Origin: a virus
Direction: 5' to 3' (one strand)
Virus record (IMG/VR): IMGVR_UViG_3300030012_002828
Location: 29,844-93,843 of that record
Length of the DNA: 64,000 nucleotides
In this document: positions 19,801 through 30,392 of the stretch, one piece after another
Layout of the letters: each line of letters starts with the position of its first letter
Numbering within the stretch: the first letter of the stretch is position 1
Translations under genes and position numbers: made by a program
The notes under the pieces: generated by a model
The model's database searches: none
What the model was told of the DNA's origin: nothing
The model's input: the letters and a program-made list of their open reading frames with translations, nothing else

Positions 19801-22800
19801 ATTTTAAACAATACTCTAAGAAATAGTTTAACAGATGGTACTCAAACTATGTTAATAAAAAATCCTTTGTCGAGAGGATTTAAAACATACTTAGGAAGTC
19901 TAATGGCTGATTTTGAATATTATGATTCAACTAAAACAGGTACTATGCCAATATTGCCTAATATACAATATCAACTACCAAACGGTTCAGGAATAACATT
20001 TACAGAAGTATTACCAAAATATAAAATAGAAGATTTTGAAACTACCACAGGATTTTTCTTTTCAAATAATGTAACGGGTACAGGGCAAACAGATAGTAGA
20101 ACTTGGACTAAAATAGGAGATATGAAATGGCAATATGAAATAATAGACCCTAAAGCAGTTATCTATCATATACTTGCCCCATGCGATATTTACAATGATA
20201 GTTTAAATAATGAAAACCATATAGGGTATGATGGACATAATTTTAAATTTAGTGATTTTGGTTTAACATTAATAGGCGAAGGTACTGATACTAATTCTAA
20301 TATTACTCATTCTAATTATGAAGGTTCGGGTATTTCTAATAATAAATCTACTAATGATTTTACATATTCTCCTATTTTAGATTCTGATATTGCCCCACAA
20401 AATATGAAAAGAGCATCATTGGGTAGATTAGTAGAAATAGGTTTTGATTTACATTTTAATATGATTGATTTAGAAAATGTAAATCCAGAACCTTTTAATT
20501 ATGGAAATAAAAATGGGCACTATAAAAAATATGAAAAACTTAGAATGGCTGAAAAAACACCAATTAAATTTACAGAAAATACCCCAATAGGTAGCGGTAC
20601 AGTAAATGTTTCAGTAGGAGATTGGTTTTTAAATTATGCTGACGGGGGAACAAATTCAAAAGATTTAGCCTATGATATACTATTTACTGACGCAGGAGAT
20701 TTTGTAGGTATAGTTAATGAACAATATAGTGGTGTTGGTGTACCAACTTCTAATTTTTTCAATGGTATATTTACTGCTACTACTGCTAATAATGGTTCTT
20801 ATACTAATGTATCTACTTTATCTGATGGTGTAGGTACAGGAATGGGGTTTGATATAACAGTAACAGGTGGTGTTATAAGTTCTCTCGAACTTAATTTAAA
20901 CAATAGAGGTTCAGGTTATCAAATATTAGATACAGTAATTATACCTGCAAATTCGGTAATAGGTAATCCCAATGATATTTCTTTGATTTTATTTGATGCA
21001 AATTTAGTTAATTATGTTTCATTATTAACGCATAGTACTCTAACTCCTGTATCTACTCAATTACTTGGCTTAAATCATACATTAGGTGGTGACGGTAACC
21101 CTTATGCTTATACAATAAATGATTTTACTGACCCTCCAAATTATACTTTTGCTAATGCTTTAAGATTTAAATCAGACCTTAATTATGCTGGTTCAAGAGC
21201 AACAATTGTTGCGGGTACTCATGTATATGCTATGAGAGTTAAATATAAAGATTCTACTACCAGTACAGAAAGAGATAGAGATAGTGCTTCTAACTTTACT
21301 CCACCTAATATACAATTTGATATTACACATTTTACTGAATCTTGGGTTCCAACAATTATAAAAAACCAAAGCGGTCTTATGGGTCTTTCAAGAGATAATA
21401 GATATATGCAATTACATTATAATACAAGATTTTTAAGATGGACTTTAGGAGATGGAGATACTTCTTTTTCAGAAAAAGGACAAGAATGGGGTACGACCAA
21501 TGAATATTTATTTGGTTTAGTTTCTCAGTATTCGGATGAATGGAGTGGTCAATCATCTGCATTTGATGGTGTACAAGAGCAATCTTTTGTTAATTGGGGT
21601 ACATTAAATCCTCACTATCAATCTCCTAAAGTTTATTTGCCGTTTGTGTTTGTAGGTCATTATTTGTGGTCTAATACAAATAATCATGATTTAGGTTTAA
21701 TTGCTGAAGGTGGTGAGGGTGCAAGAAGATTACACCCCTTTGCTAATACATTTAGATTCAGAACGGTAGATGATGATGCCGTTGGTGCTACTGCATCTAA
21801 CGATAAAGAAAAAGGTCACCGTTCTTTTGTTGGAGGTATTATAAGAGGGGTTAATAATATGACTTTAACTGCATTTTTAAATAATGGTGATACTACCGTT
21901 AATATAAATTCTAATGATTATAATGTTAAAGATGAACTTTATTATTATGAAAATAATGATGTTAGCAAACCAAGATTTATTGGTCAAGTAGCATCAATAC
22001 CTAACTCTACAAGTCTTACTTTAACTACTGCTTATGCAGGAAGACAATTATCTACTGGTAGAGAAATCCGTATTTTTGAGCCTCATCTAAAATCTTATTA
22101 TCACCCCTCAAGAGTAATGCAAAATTTTGAAGAAACTTCTACGGGTTCAATTCCTAATGGACATACGGGCTTTGTTAAATATGGTTTAAAAAGTGATACT
22201 CAAACCAATACCTTAAATCACGGTGGTATGTATTCATCCGGTTATTTTACTTTATTAAATAAAAGACCATTATCAGGTTCTTTTAAAGATAATAATTTAG
22301 AAGCGGGTGCTTCTATAACTTTAAATTTAAAGGTAGATACAACAACAATTCCAAATAATATTATGGAATGGAGATTTCCTCATACAAAATCTGGTGGTGC
22401 TGGTTCTGGTGGGGCTGTATATCAATCAGATAAATTTGCTGAACATGCAACTCAAAATAACAATGCATTTACTGACCAAGTACACTCATGGCATATGCCT
22501 ATTCTTTCAGGTTCATATTTCTTTTCACCTCATAGATATAATGCAGAATTTGTAAGTAATACAGGTATTTATGGAGTAAATGATAATGTATTAGCAGGGA
22601 TATTTGGATTCAAACCTCATTTACTAATACATAGTGCTGAGACTGGTATAACAGTAAGTTCACAAGGAGATGATATTACACATTACGGGGTAACAGAAGA
22701 TAAATTTAGAGTTATAGATGGTACTGATGTTAGAAAAATAACTATTGATTTTAGTACAGGTCTGTTAAAAAATAATTGGTTACAGTTTTCACCTAATCTA

Positions 22801-24552
22801 ACCGGTTTATATTTAGTTAGTAACGCTGTAAGTAATGTTGAAGAAACAACTTTAGAAGAAGAATTCCAAGCACCGTCAGTAGTAAATCCAAGATATATTG
22901 GTACATTTGATAATTCAACAAATGTATATACACCTTCACCCAGTAAACCATTTTTGAAAGGTTCACATACAATACCATATCATATACATCAAATACTAAG
23001 ACATGAAATTATTTTTAGTGCTGAGGGAGAACAAATACATCATATCTTTATTGATAATGCTTCAGATGTAGATATAAGTATGCAAGGTTACAGGGTAATG
23101 AAATTATCAGATAATTGTATGTATGATTTTTCTCCTGATGAAATATTTTTAAATTCTTTGTCTACAAGGTACTCTAAGCACCCTACTAAAAAAGAAATGT
23201 TAAGTAAAATAAAAAAGATAAATGTAAGTGGTAAATTGCAAATTGATGCTCTTGATTTACAAGGTAGTGATGAATTCACAATAGATGAAGGTTTAAGCGG
23301 TGGGTCAGATGGTATTTTATCTATGTATGTATTATTAGACCCTGAACCTACAAATTCTAATTATGTTCTTTTAAGAAATAAAACACATATATTAGAAAAG
23401 TTTCCTATTGGTTCTTATAATTTATTTATAAATGATGGTAAAAATAAATATGAAACTGTTGTTAGAGTTGATGAGGAAGATATAGATAATAATAAAGATG
23501 AACAGCAAGTAAAATTATATTTTAATGAAGTGCAAAATATGAAGGGTTTAGTATCTTTAGGTGAAATATTTAATATTACAATACCTGCTTATGTAAATAC
23601 AGAAAATATAAATGTCGCAAAAATAGGTTCTACATATAATATAGGGGAAGAAGTTGAAAATATTATTAATAGTTTATTTGAAGAAAATAATATTCCATAT
23701 ACTAAAAAACAAATTACTGAAAAATACTTTGCTTCACCAACATATAATGGTTCTGATTTATATAATGCTCTAACTTATATAGCAAGATATAAAAATTTAG
23801 AACCAATTATTATTAATAAAAATATTAAGATTAGAAAATTAAATGATGAAGATGATATTACTGGTATAGAATTAGTAGAAGGAATATCCGAAATAACTTC
23901 AACAAACAGAAATCAAACTATGTTTGATGTATTTAATAATATAGTTGTTTACGGAAACGGTGTTAAAGGTTTAAAGTTTGATAGTAAAAGTATTGATGAA
24001 GTAGGTATTAAAACTCTCGAAGAAACAGATTTAAATTTAACTACACAACAACAGGTAGATGAAAGAGCATCTGATTTGTTAAATCTACATAGTCGTAATA
24101 ATAATCAAATTGATATTACTGTTGGAGATACAGGAATAGAACATTTAGAAGTAGGAGATATAATTAAAGTAGACTATCCGAGTTTAAATATTAGAGTAGG
24201 AAGATATATGATATTAGCAATAAGACATAGAATAGGTAAATTACCTGTATATTCATTAGGTTATTATAATAAAAATTTATCATACAGAATTGCTGAAGTT
24301 ATTGCTTCCGGTAAAAATGTTTCTTCACAAATTAGAGGTTCTACATTTATTGAAACGGCAGATGATTTTACCGCATCTGTATCTCTAAATATTAAAGAAT
24401 TAGAAATCCAAATAGATGAAGTGACGGGTGTATCTTCGACACAAAATGTATTAGGTTTTAATACTACATTAGGTTTTAATACCAATATAGGCTTCATAGG
24501 TACTGTTGGAAGTGAAACTTTAACTACTTTGTATAGAGAGGATTTATCATGA
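16864..24552 (+). CDS. Very large tail tip/hub protein (2562 aa)
   Basis: C-terminal 'NNIVVYG..SIDEVG..HLEVGDIIKV' tail-hub pattern; N/T/S-rich interior. Confidence 0.7.
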   Translation: MSLYVLNKGKTSYNNPSDASYAVSSNGIIVDTRSSTNWSLSSYSISKADNLTSPTGTGIINRHLPSTQTLTDVLENPVTTKSFQLKLPVGQALTLDPLYDYFVVIYSTETFDTNNFETHKNKIHVAKITEQIQFDSPNDAFEFSPKTKVDNVKGIKYAIYKGHLKTDTNVVAVGFGLLGNSVTGRYFGKLTISTPAVYFYNDRLKIKNQLDYSTKYALKKINSTESELTTHFVTESNSSARVVDKSPFTYYVNLVDNLKQKDFISNTGISTESDLTAMGTDATYTVDLTTWNTCFKNIRRGLSDTFASYTGPSRYITYANSSEINNFMPFVLDLDLSKTINKVGSFGQIKLVDTSKILDEKINLYDDLKVRQVMFEDDISNSHSALLFGLASITSGSNTINITNLENDTSLSFINGCELIENSNGKVNIRIGNYLFKLDTNPIAIPTLNSTTNEFEGVLNFTHWRRLTDKFWSNTTFPEDITLQPYFRKEWSTILSNLKIDFDIDENLFNRLQLQLKGGQFSGMRLNINTVDSNNKIITLGNIPSFSYHGTYDNINLLDYFTGTGIYDKILFDGSVEVIEDELNAGGQLVYNISGRDDIHKLLGPIINKSFLHASDYIYSTEHPIQDIKETGTQLVSSTSFGANGIFAGDTSARPFNGTEYLSWTYGTKLYTSDGRFIAAFKDITNVGFVQINFIEPARCYYPKTENIYVATSDYIISGTGISTYKDSPNYANNIKHAANKGIYFTAGQTHPSYGNVEQLVEKAGTTGSLSLGFDINSPTNINSDNEFLFRLSSEGLTNTYHNLKTISSLTNYDIVSISGENNNNKVISIAPVSPFILGRIDENSLDTRYTNSQGMYLINSQSLTNGGLINYVHNKTHDSINSKKSFSINKYDNMIYGSPLYKYIDLQNKTSLFIKDTITQTTELGSTNTYNNHYSIIKPNYIKYATSFKFKEALTIRNSNDVVTSGTPTIYNEEQYSDILNNTLRNSLTDGTQTMLIKNPLSRGFKTYLGSLMADFEYYDSTKTGTMPILPNIQYQLPNGSGITFTEVLPKYKIEDFETTTGFFFSNNVTGTGQTDSRTWTKIGDMKWQYEIIDPKAVIYHILAPCDIYNDSLNNENHIGYDGHNFKFSDFGLTLIGEGTDTNSNITHSNYEGSGISNNKSTNDFTYSPILDSDIAPQNMKRASLGRLVEIGFDLHFNMIDLENVNPEPFNYGNKNGHYKKYEKLRMAEKTPIKFTENTPIGSGTVNVSVGDWFLNYADGGTNSKDLAYDILFTDAGDFVGIVNEQYSGVGVPTSNFFNGIFTATTANNGSYTNVSTLSDGVGTGMGFDITVTGGVISSLELNLNNRGSGYQILDTVIIPANSVIGNPNDISLILFDANLVNYVSLLTHSTLTPVSTQLLGLNHTLGGDGNPYAYTINDFTDPPNYTFANALRFKSDLNYAGSRATIVAGTHVYAMRVKYKDSTTSTERDRDSASNFTPPNIQFDITHFTESWVPTIIKNQSGLMGLSRDNRYMQLHYNTRFLRWTLGDGDTSFSEKGQEWGTTNEYLFGLVSQYSDEWSGQSSAFDGVQEQSFVNWGTLNPHYQSPKVYLPFVFVGHYLWSNTNNHDLGLIAEGGEGARRLHPFANTFRFRTVDDDAVGATASNDKEKGHRSFVGGIIRGVNNMTLTAFLNNGDTTVNINSNDYNVKDELYYYENNDVSKPRFIGQVASIPNSTSLTLTTAYAGRQLSTGREIRIFEPHLKSYYHPSRVMQNFEETSTGSIPNGHTGFVKYGLKSDTQTNTLNHGGMYSSGYFTLLNKRPLSGSFKDNNLEAGASITLNLKVDTTTIPNNIMEWRFPHTKSGGAGSGGAVYQSDKFAEHATQNNNAFTDQVHSWHMPILSGSYFFSPHRYNAEFVSNTGIYGVNDNVLAGIFGFKPHLLIHSAETGITVSSQGDDITHYGVTEDKFRVIDGTDVRKITIDFSTGLLKNNWLQFSPNLTGLYLVSNAVSNVEETTLEEEFQAPSVVNPRYIGTFDNSTNVYTPSPSKPFLKGSHTIPYHIHQILRHEIIFSAEGEQIHHIFIDNASDVDISMQGYRVMKLSDNCMYDFSPDEIFLNSLSTRYSKHPTKKEMLSKIKKINVSGKLQIDALDLQGSDEFTIDEGLSGGSDGILSMYVLLDPEPTNSNYVLLRNKTHILEKFPIGSYNLFINDGKNKYETVVRVDEEDIDNNKDEQQVKLYFNEVQNMKGLVSLGEIFNITIPAYVNTENINVAKIGSTYNIGEEVENIINSLFEENNIPYTKKQITEKYFASPTYNGSDLYNALTYIARYKNLEPIIINKNIKIRKLNDEDDITGIELVEGISEITSTNRNQTMFDVFNNIVVYGNGVKGLKFDSKSIDEVGIKTLEETDLNLTTQQQVDERASDLLNLHSRNNNQIDITVGDTGIEHLEVGDIIKVDYPSLNIRVGRYMILAIRHRIGKLPVYSLGYYNKNLSYRIAEVIASGKNVSSQIRGSTFIETADDFTASVSLNIKELEIQIDEVTGVSSTQNVLGFNTTLGFNTNIGFIGTVGSETLTTLYREDLS

Positions 24553-24923
24553 CAATAACAGATAGCGGCAGAAATTTATTAGCGCAAGCAATTAGAGGTG
24601 ACTTAACTCAAGGTTTCAATGCTTTTAATAAAATGGATATTGGTGAAGCAGGAGGAAGTACAGACCCAACATTAAATGCTCTTGATGTTTCAATAACAGG
24701 TAATAACCCATTTGCATTAAATTCAGTTACAAGGTCAATAGAAAATCAAGTAGAGTTTTATTCAAGAATTTCAGGTACAACATATTCAGGTTATGTGATT
24801 AGAGAAGTAGGAATATTTGATTCTTTAGGTACTACAATGTTGTTAAGAGTACCAATAGACCCGATTGGGCCACTTGAAACAGGAAAACAATATGACATAA
24901 GAATTATTATAGAGGTAGAGTAA
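24549..24923 (+). CDS. Tail fibre/collar N-terminal-like protein
   Basis: 'ITDSGRNLLA' and 'IREVGIFD' motifs. Confidence 0.65.
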   Translation: MTITDSGRNLLAQAIRGDLTQGFNAFNKMDIGEAGGSTDPTLNALDVSITGNNPFALNSVTRSIENQVEFYSRISGTTYSGYVIREVGIFDSLGTTMLLRVPIDPIGPLETGKQYDIRIIIEVE

Positions 24924-24924
24924 A

Positions 24925-27186
24925 ATGGTAGATTATACAAATAGAGATTATATTACAAACTTAAGTGCAACAGATACAACTGATGGATTAACAGATGGAG
25001 TAGACCATCTACATTCGGGTTTAATTAAAGTTTTATCAAAAATAAATAAAGGTAATTATATTGCTGAATATGGTTCTTCTGTATTTCAGCAAATAGCAGG
25101 TAATAGCAGAACCAAATTTAAATTTAATGGGAATATAAAATATGTTAGAGATGGTAGAATATATGTTGGTACACCGACTGAGGTTGAATTAACATCTAAC
25201 CCTAATGGAACAAATGATAGATATGATTTAATTGTAATATCGGGTTCAGCCTTAGCGGTTAGAACGGGTAATGATTCTACGACACCTATTGTACCAGAAT
25301 TAGAAAGTGATGATATACCAGTAGCGATGGTAAAAGTTGTTGGTGGTTCAGGTGCAAATATAATAACAAGACCCATACAACTTTATGGCTATGATAAATC
25401 TACATTTGCAGAATCTATTGAGAAGTTATATAACAATGTGGGTACAGAATCTGTAACATTAGAAGCAAACGGAGATGTATCATTAACAGGTAGTTTAATC
25501 GTAGGAAGTAATATTATCAAAGCATCAGACTCAGGAAGCACAATTACGATGGACACCAACGATAATGTAACCATTGGGAACAACTTAACAGTAGGAAATG
25601 ACTTAACTTTAGGAAATAATACAATTAGAGCATCCGATGGGGGAACAGTAATTACAACAGATACAAGTAGTAATGCAACCATCATTAATAACTTAACAGT
25701 AGGTGGCGATTTACTTGGGCCGGTTAATGGTACATTTAATATTGCTTCAATGCGAAGTATAGTGTTTAAAGTAGATACTCAAGATAATAGTAATGAAACT
25801 TGGTCTTTTATGAATGGGGCAGGTTCTACGGTTGTTACAATTGATGAATTAGGTAATGTAAGTATGAACAATTTAGATGTCAAGGGAGGTAGTATTGATT
25901 CGTCAGTAGCAGGAACAATAACTATGCAACAACATACATTATTTGGTAAAGGTCTTACTAATTTACCAAATAGAGCAATTACAAATCGAGGTTATAGAGA
26001 AACCGTAGAAACTAAATATATGGCTTTAACGGCTAATGCTAATCAAACATCGGGTACTGTTGTTCCTGATGGTAATCCAAATGCTCTTGCTCAAAATAGT
26101 ACGGATTATGTTATAAGACAAAATATTATGGAAGCAATAACATATCCTTTAGATTGCTTAAAAGAAGTATATTATTTAGGTACAAATGAAGATGACCAAA
26201 TTTCTTTTGATAATACTATATTTAGTGGTTCATATTCAGGGGGTTCGAGTGACCCGCTTTTTGAAATGAATATAGGTTTAACAGGAACAAATTTTCAAAA
26301 TAATAATGGGTTATATGGTAGTGGTGGATTTGTATGTTTAGCAGCAGATACATTTAGTGGCGGTATAACAGATTTTGAAAATAGAAAAATTACATTAGTA
26401 AATACCAGTAATATACCTATTTATATATTTAGTTTTTTAGGTTCAGGAGAAGAAGGTTTTCAAAAAATGGTTGCACCGCTTTTTGGTAAAGGTATTTTTA
26501 CACAAAATAGGTTGGGTGGTTTTACAGCCATGAATTGTGTTAATTTACAATCTGTACTACATACTCAAACATTAAACACAATAACAGCAAATCCACATAA
26601 TATATTATTTTATACAGGTGGCGGTGGCAGTACGCTTAAAGTGCTTGATGCTTATGTGTTAAAACCAACAGAAAGTGTCACATTACAAAACTTTAGTGTT
26701 GGTACTGAACATCCTGAAGATGAAATGATGGAACATCATGGTTTTATGAATAATCAAGTAATTTCTCAATTTTATAATCCACCACAATTAGGTAATAGTG
26801 GGCCTCTTCATTATTGGATGCCTATTGCTAATGCAACAAATAGTATAACAAGTAGAGTATTAACTAATTATTTTGAAGATACTGTACTTCCTCATGTTGG
26901 ACAATCAGGTTATACACTACATATGGCAAAAATAGGCGGCAGTTCAGTTCTTTTACCGCCTCATGCACCTCAAGGAACACAATATTTTGTTTATGCTGAA
27001 ACATCAACTAATATATTATGTGCTAATCCAAGTGGGGGTCATATATTAGAAACTGCTGGTATTATTGCACAAGATGTTTTTACTAATGCTTCTTCAACAA
27101 CAACTTCAACATCAGATACTTTATCGGCAGGTGAAATGGCAACTTATGTTAAGTTATTTATTGGTAATTGGTTAAAGGTGGGTTGA
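24925..27186 (+). CDS. Putative tail fibre/receptor-binding protein
   Basis: 'RYDLIVI..PVAMVKV' N-terminus and 'TIGNNLTVGNDLTLG' beta repeats. Confidence 0.65.
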   Translation: MVDYTNRDYITNLSATDTTDGLTDGVDHLHSGLIKVLSKINKGNYIAEYGSSVFQQIAGNSRTKFKFNGNIKYVRDGRIYVGTPTEVELTSNPNGTNDRYDLIVISGSALAVRTGNDSTTPIVPELESDDIPVAMVKVVGGSGANIITRPIQLYGYDKSTFAESIEKLYNNVGTESVTLEANGDVSLTGSLIVGSNIIKASDSGSTITMDTNDNVTIGNNLTVGNDLTLGNNTIRASDGGTVITTDTSSNATIINNLTVGGDLLGPVNGTFNIASMRSIVFKVDTQDNSNETWSFMNGAGSTVVTIDELGNVSMNNLDVKGGSIDSSVAGTITMQQHTLFGKGLTNLPNRAITNRGYRETVETKYMALTANANQTSGTVVPDGNPNALAQNSTDYVIRQNIMEAITYPLDCLKEVYYLGTNEDDQISFDNTIFSGSYSGGSSDPLFEMNIGLTGTNFQNNNGLYGSGGFVCLAADTFSGGITDFENRKITLVNTSNIPIYIFSFLGSGEEGFQKMVAPLFGKGIFTQNRLGGFTAMNCVNLQSVLHTQTLNTITANPHNILFYTGGGGSTLKVLDAYVLKPTESVTLQNFSVGTEHPEDEMMEHHGFMNNQVISQFYNPPQLGNSGPLHYWMPIANATNSITSRVLTNYFEDTVLPHVGQSGYTLHMAKIGGSSVLLPPHAPQGTQYFVYAETSTNILCANPSGGHILETAGIIAQDVFTNASSTTTSTSDTLSAGEMATYVKLFIGNWLKVG

Positions 27187-27187
27187 T

Positions 27188-28036
27188 ATGGATTTTCTTT
27201 TTACTAATTTAAAAAAGGGTACTAAGATTCGTAAAAAAAGATTAGCAGGTGGTTCAAGTCCACCGCAAAACCCATCTACTAAATTACCTGTTCCTACTAA
27301 TAGCATTTATCAGTTATATTTAGGAACACCCGGTTCTAATGTTTATCCCGCAATTCATTTTACTTTTGTTAGTTTTAACTCAAATACTGTTTCAACAAGT
27401 ACAGAAAACTTTGATACTTATACAGATATTACTTCTATGTCAGTAAATCCACCAACATCAAATCCTAATAATACACAAACTCTTTTACCAGAAACAACAT
27501 ATCAACAAGAAATATCAGTACCTGCTGCAACTGCTAATATGAATATAGGTCAATCGGCAGGTATACCAATAATAATTGGTGCTTTATATAAGTTTAATAC
27601 ACAATATATTCCTTCGCATTTTTACGATTATGAATTGACAATAGTTTCTTCATCTTTAGCAAACGGTGCTCAACTTACTCCTTTTGCAAATAATAATGTA
27701 CAAGGGCCAGCATCTTCTGTTCCTAATATTAGTAATTGGCCTGCCGGTGGTAAAAGTGGTTGGCATATAGACCCATTTTTTACAAATCCAAACCCAGATA
27801 CAGGTATTTACGGACAAAATTATAGTTTTTCATTTGCTAATCCACCTGCTGTAACTAATCTTAATTGTCCAAGATTAGTAATTCAATATGGTGGTGGTAA
27901 AGGCTCTCAAATACCATTACAAGCAGGAGATACATTTACTTTAAACTTAAAAGCCGGATTAGATTTTAATGCTAATTACCCAAGCGCAACAACACCGATT
28001 TTTTATAATCATAGGATAGTGGTTACTTTAGTATAG
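27188..28036 (+). CDS. Hypothetical P/N/T-rich tail-associated protein
   Basis: Last large ORF of the structural operon. Confidence 0.55.
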   Translation: MDFLFTNLKKGTKIRKKRLAGGSSPPQNPSTKLPVPTNSIYQLYLGTPGSNVYPAIHFTFVSFNSNTVSTSTENFDTYTDITSMSVNPPTSNPNNTQTLLPETTYQQEISVPAATANMNIGQSAGIPIIIGALYKFNTQYIPSHFYDYELTIVSSSLANGAQLTPFANNNVQGPASSVPNISNWPAGGKSGWHIDPFFTNPNPDTGIYGQNYSFSFANPPAVTNLNCPRLVIQYGGGKGSQIPLQAGDTFTLNLKAGLDFNANYPSATTPIFYNHRIVVTLV

Positions 28037-28044
28037 GTGATATT

Positions 28045-28197
28045 ATGGACTATTGTATAGCGAATTATTGTTTCACAGGATATGAAATAGCAATATTAAT
28101 AGTATTAGAAATATTATTTTGGACAGGATTAGGATTTTTCGGTTATAGAAAATATAAAAAGGCTAAAATCAAAAATAAGAAAAAATGGAAAATTTAA
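28045..28197 (+). CDS. 50-aa single-pass membrane protein with basic tail
   Basis: MDYCIANYCFTGYEIAILIVLEILFWTGLGFFGYRKYKKAK...; GGTGA SD; below the track cut-off. Confidence 0.6.
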   Translation: MDYCIANYCFTGYEIAILIVLEILFWTGLGFFGYRKYKKAKIKNKKKWKI

Positions 28198-28206
28198 AAA
28201 TTTTGC

Positions 28207-28255
28207 AAAAAAAGCGGGGCATAGCCGTTTTTACACGACTACACCCCAAATTTTT
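28207..28255 (-). terminator. Terminator at the convergence of the two gene blocks
   Basis: Minus strand GGGGTGTAGTCGT-GTAAAA-ACGGCTATGCCCC forms a 13-bp stem with GU pairs, followed by GC and T7. Confidence 0.75.
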
Positions 28256-28267
28256 ATTACTCAAACC

Positions 28268-28873
28268 TTACCAATTAACTTGCAACTCACCAAATTCATT
28301 TTCTACTTCATCGAAGTATTTTACTATACCATTTTCTTGCCCATATTTCCACAAATCATATGTTAATTGTGAATCTTTTAAACAATAATCTACCACTTCA
28401 TCATATTCTCCTGCTTTCCATTTTACAACAGAATCAATACTACTCATATTTTTCTGGTCACCTATACTACATTTTACTAAATTATCTAAGTGAATTCTTT
28501 TACCATGCTCTTTTACTAAATACGCACTTGTATCTATACATCTATTTGATTTATCTTCCAAATATTTTCTTACAATATAAATATCCATAGAATCTCTAAG
28601 TACAGGTAAATCAAAAGCATTAATATTATGCCCTAATAAAATACCACCTTTTTGAAAATGGTCATCTAAATCAAACTTAAGTTCTCTTAATGATTTGATT
28701 TCTACATCTGTACCTTTTTTTAGTTCACTTAATGGTTCATCTACATAGATAATCCCTTTATTTCCATCCCATGTTGTTACACACGCAACTTTAAATAAAT
28801 GAGTATTACCCCATCCACCAATCTCATAACTTAAATTTTTTGTTTCTATATCAAACGATAAAATATTACTCAT
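28268..28873 (-). CDS. DEDD/RNase H-like 3'-5' exonuclease
   Basis: FDIET, GHNINAFD, YCLKD. Confidence 0.85.
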   Translation of the reverse strand: MSNILSFDIETKNLSYEIGGWGNTHLFKVACVTTWDGNKGIIYVDEPLSELKKGTDVEIKSLRELKFDLDDHFQKGGILLGHNINAFDLPVLRDSMDIYIVRKYLEDKSNRCIDTSAYLVKEHGKRIHLDNLVKCSIGDQKNMSSIDSVVKWKAGEYDEVVDYCLKDSQLTYDLWKYGQENGIVKYFDEVENEFGELQVNW

Positions 28874-30392
28874 CTTTTTCCACCTTTAATTTTACATATG
28901 TCTGCGTTTTTCGCACTTCTTCAAAAATATGTTTTACACTTTGCCAATGACGATAAAATTTATTTCTTCCACATTGTTCATTCTTTCTAAAAGACTCAAT
29001 CATTAACTTCTTATCTACCCAACCATTAGTGCCATTAACTTTAACTTTGGGGTTTGTTGAGTTATAAGCAGCGATATACATTTTTTCATTATTTTTATCC
29101 GAGAATCTTTTTGGTCTCTTTTTTAGTTTTTCTGTAAACCAACTTGTTATTGAGTCAAAAGATTCGTCTGTTAATTGCCTCCCTTGTTTAATATGTTTAG
29201 CAGTTATCTTTGGACTTCTTTCTGAAATTGCACATAAAGCGGCCGCAATACATATGTTATTAATCATGTTCATAAGGAAGGTATTTAACGCTTCGTATAT
29301 GGAATCATCAAAAGTATTCATATATTTTTTCATTCCACGCCATACATTCTTTAATGCTTTTTGACCATCTTCAGTCCATACTACAACTTTTCTTTTATCA
29401 CCATCAACTGTATCTAATCTTTCTTGAACCCATCTATAAGTATTATAAAGCATCTCAGAAAATTCTTCATGATAAACTGCCGAGCCATCTTCGTCTTCTA
29501 AAATTTCTCCAACCATATCAATATAGTCTTCTTCCATTTGTGCTCTTAAAGATTCAGGAACATCTCTAACATAAAGCCACATTCTTTGAAATACACCTTT
29601 TGTTAGAATAACTTTTTCTAATCCTTCAGGTGGTAATGTTGTAGCCCATAAACTTCTTTGTGAATCAACAATTAAATCTTTACCCCATTCAGTTAGTCTT
29701 TTCTTAATTAGATGACTCTTAGAATCTAAACGATTCATAAACTTTTGAAATAACATAACGGTTTCTTGCTTGTGTTGTGACTCCTTAAAAATACCAGAAT
29801 GTTCAAACTCATCAAAGGCAATAATACCACTTCCGTATAAACTACCATAAATTGTTTTATCTTCAAACTCAGGTATATCGTAATCATCATCTTCTCTTGC
29901 ATCTTGTCTATTATAGTCAGGATTAGGAACATTCATTTTCATAGTGCCTAATAGTGCTTGGTCAGTAAAACTATCAGGGTTATTCAATGTAAATTGTTTA
30001 ACACCCGATAGTGGTAAATTATTTCTTGTTGTTGGGTAAGAATTAATTAATTCAAAGGTTCTTTCCCATACAGGTTGCAAGAAATCAAACATTGTTGTTT
30101 TACCACTTCTTGAAGTTTGAATCCAACAATAGTGTATTCTTGGGTCTAACGCTAATCTACCAATTGGAACTCTTACTATATCTTTTAATATCTGCCCTAA
30201 AGATACAAAATAAGACATCTTTGCCGAATAATCATTGTATAGTGAAAACTCACCTACTACATTTTTCCATCTTATAACATCTTTAGGTAATTCAATTTTC
30301 TTTGAGCGTATAACTTCTAAACTACTATCATCAGTAACCTTAATCATCGCTTCATATAATTCCCATTCATCTACATTTAAATCTTCTGCCAT
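28866..30392 (-). CDS. MCM-like AAA+ ATPase, putative replicative helicase
   Basis: Walker A 'TSRSGKTT', Walker B 'GIIAFDEFE', arginine-finger-like 'FQRM'. Confidence 0.7.
   Translation of the reverse strand: MAEDLNVDEWELYEAMIKVTDDSSLEVIRSKKIELPKDVIRWKNVVGEFSLYNDYSAKMSYFVSLGQILKDIVRVPIGRLALDPRIHYCWIQTSRSGKTTMFDFLQPVWERTFELINSYPTTRNNLPLSGVKQFTLNNPDSFTDQALLGTMKMNVPNPDYNRQDAREDDDYDIPEFEDKTIYGSLYGSGIIAFDEFEHSGIFKESQHKQETVMLFQKFMNRLDSKSHLIKKRLTEWGKDLIVDSQRSLWATTLPPEGLEKVILTKGVFQRMWLYVRDVPESLRAQMEEDYIDMVGEILEDEDGSAVYHEEFSEMLYNTYRWVQERLDTVDGDKRKVVVWTEDGQKALKNVWRGMKKYMNTFDDSIYEALNTFLMNMINNICIAAALCAISERSPKITAKHIKQGRQLTDESFDSITSWFTEKLKKRPKRFSDKNNEKMYIAAYNSTNPKVKVNGTNGWVDKKLMIESFRKNEQCGRNKFYRHWQSVKHIFEEVRKTQTYVKLKVEKDE

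Noticed and set aside
24451-24495. LGFNTT-like triple repeat at the end of the tail tip gene
   Set aside because: A short protein-level repeat with no evidence of a diversity-generating element (no reverse transcriptase or template repeat seen).
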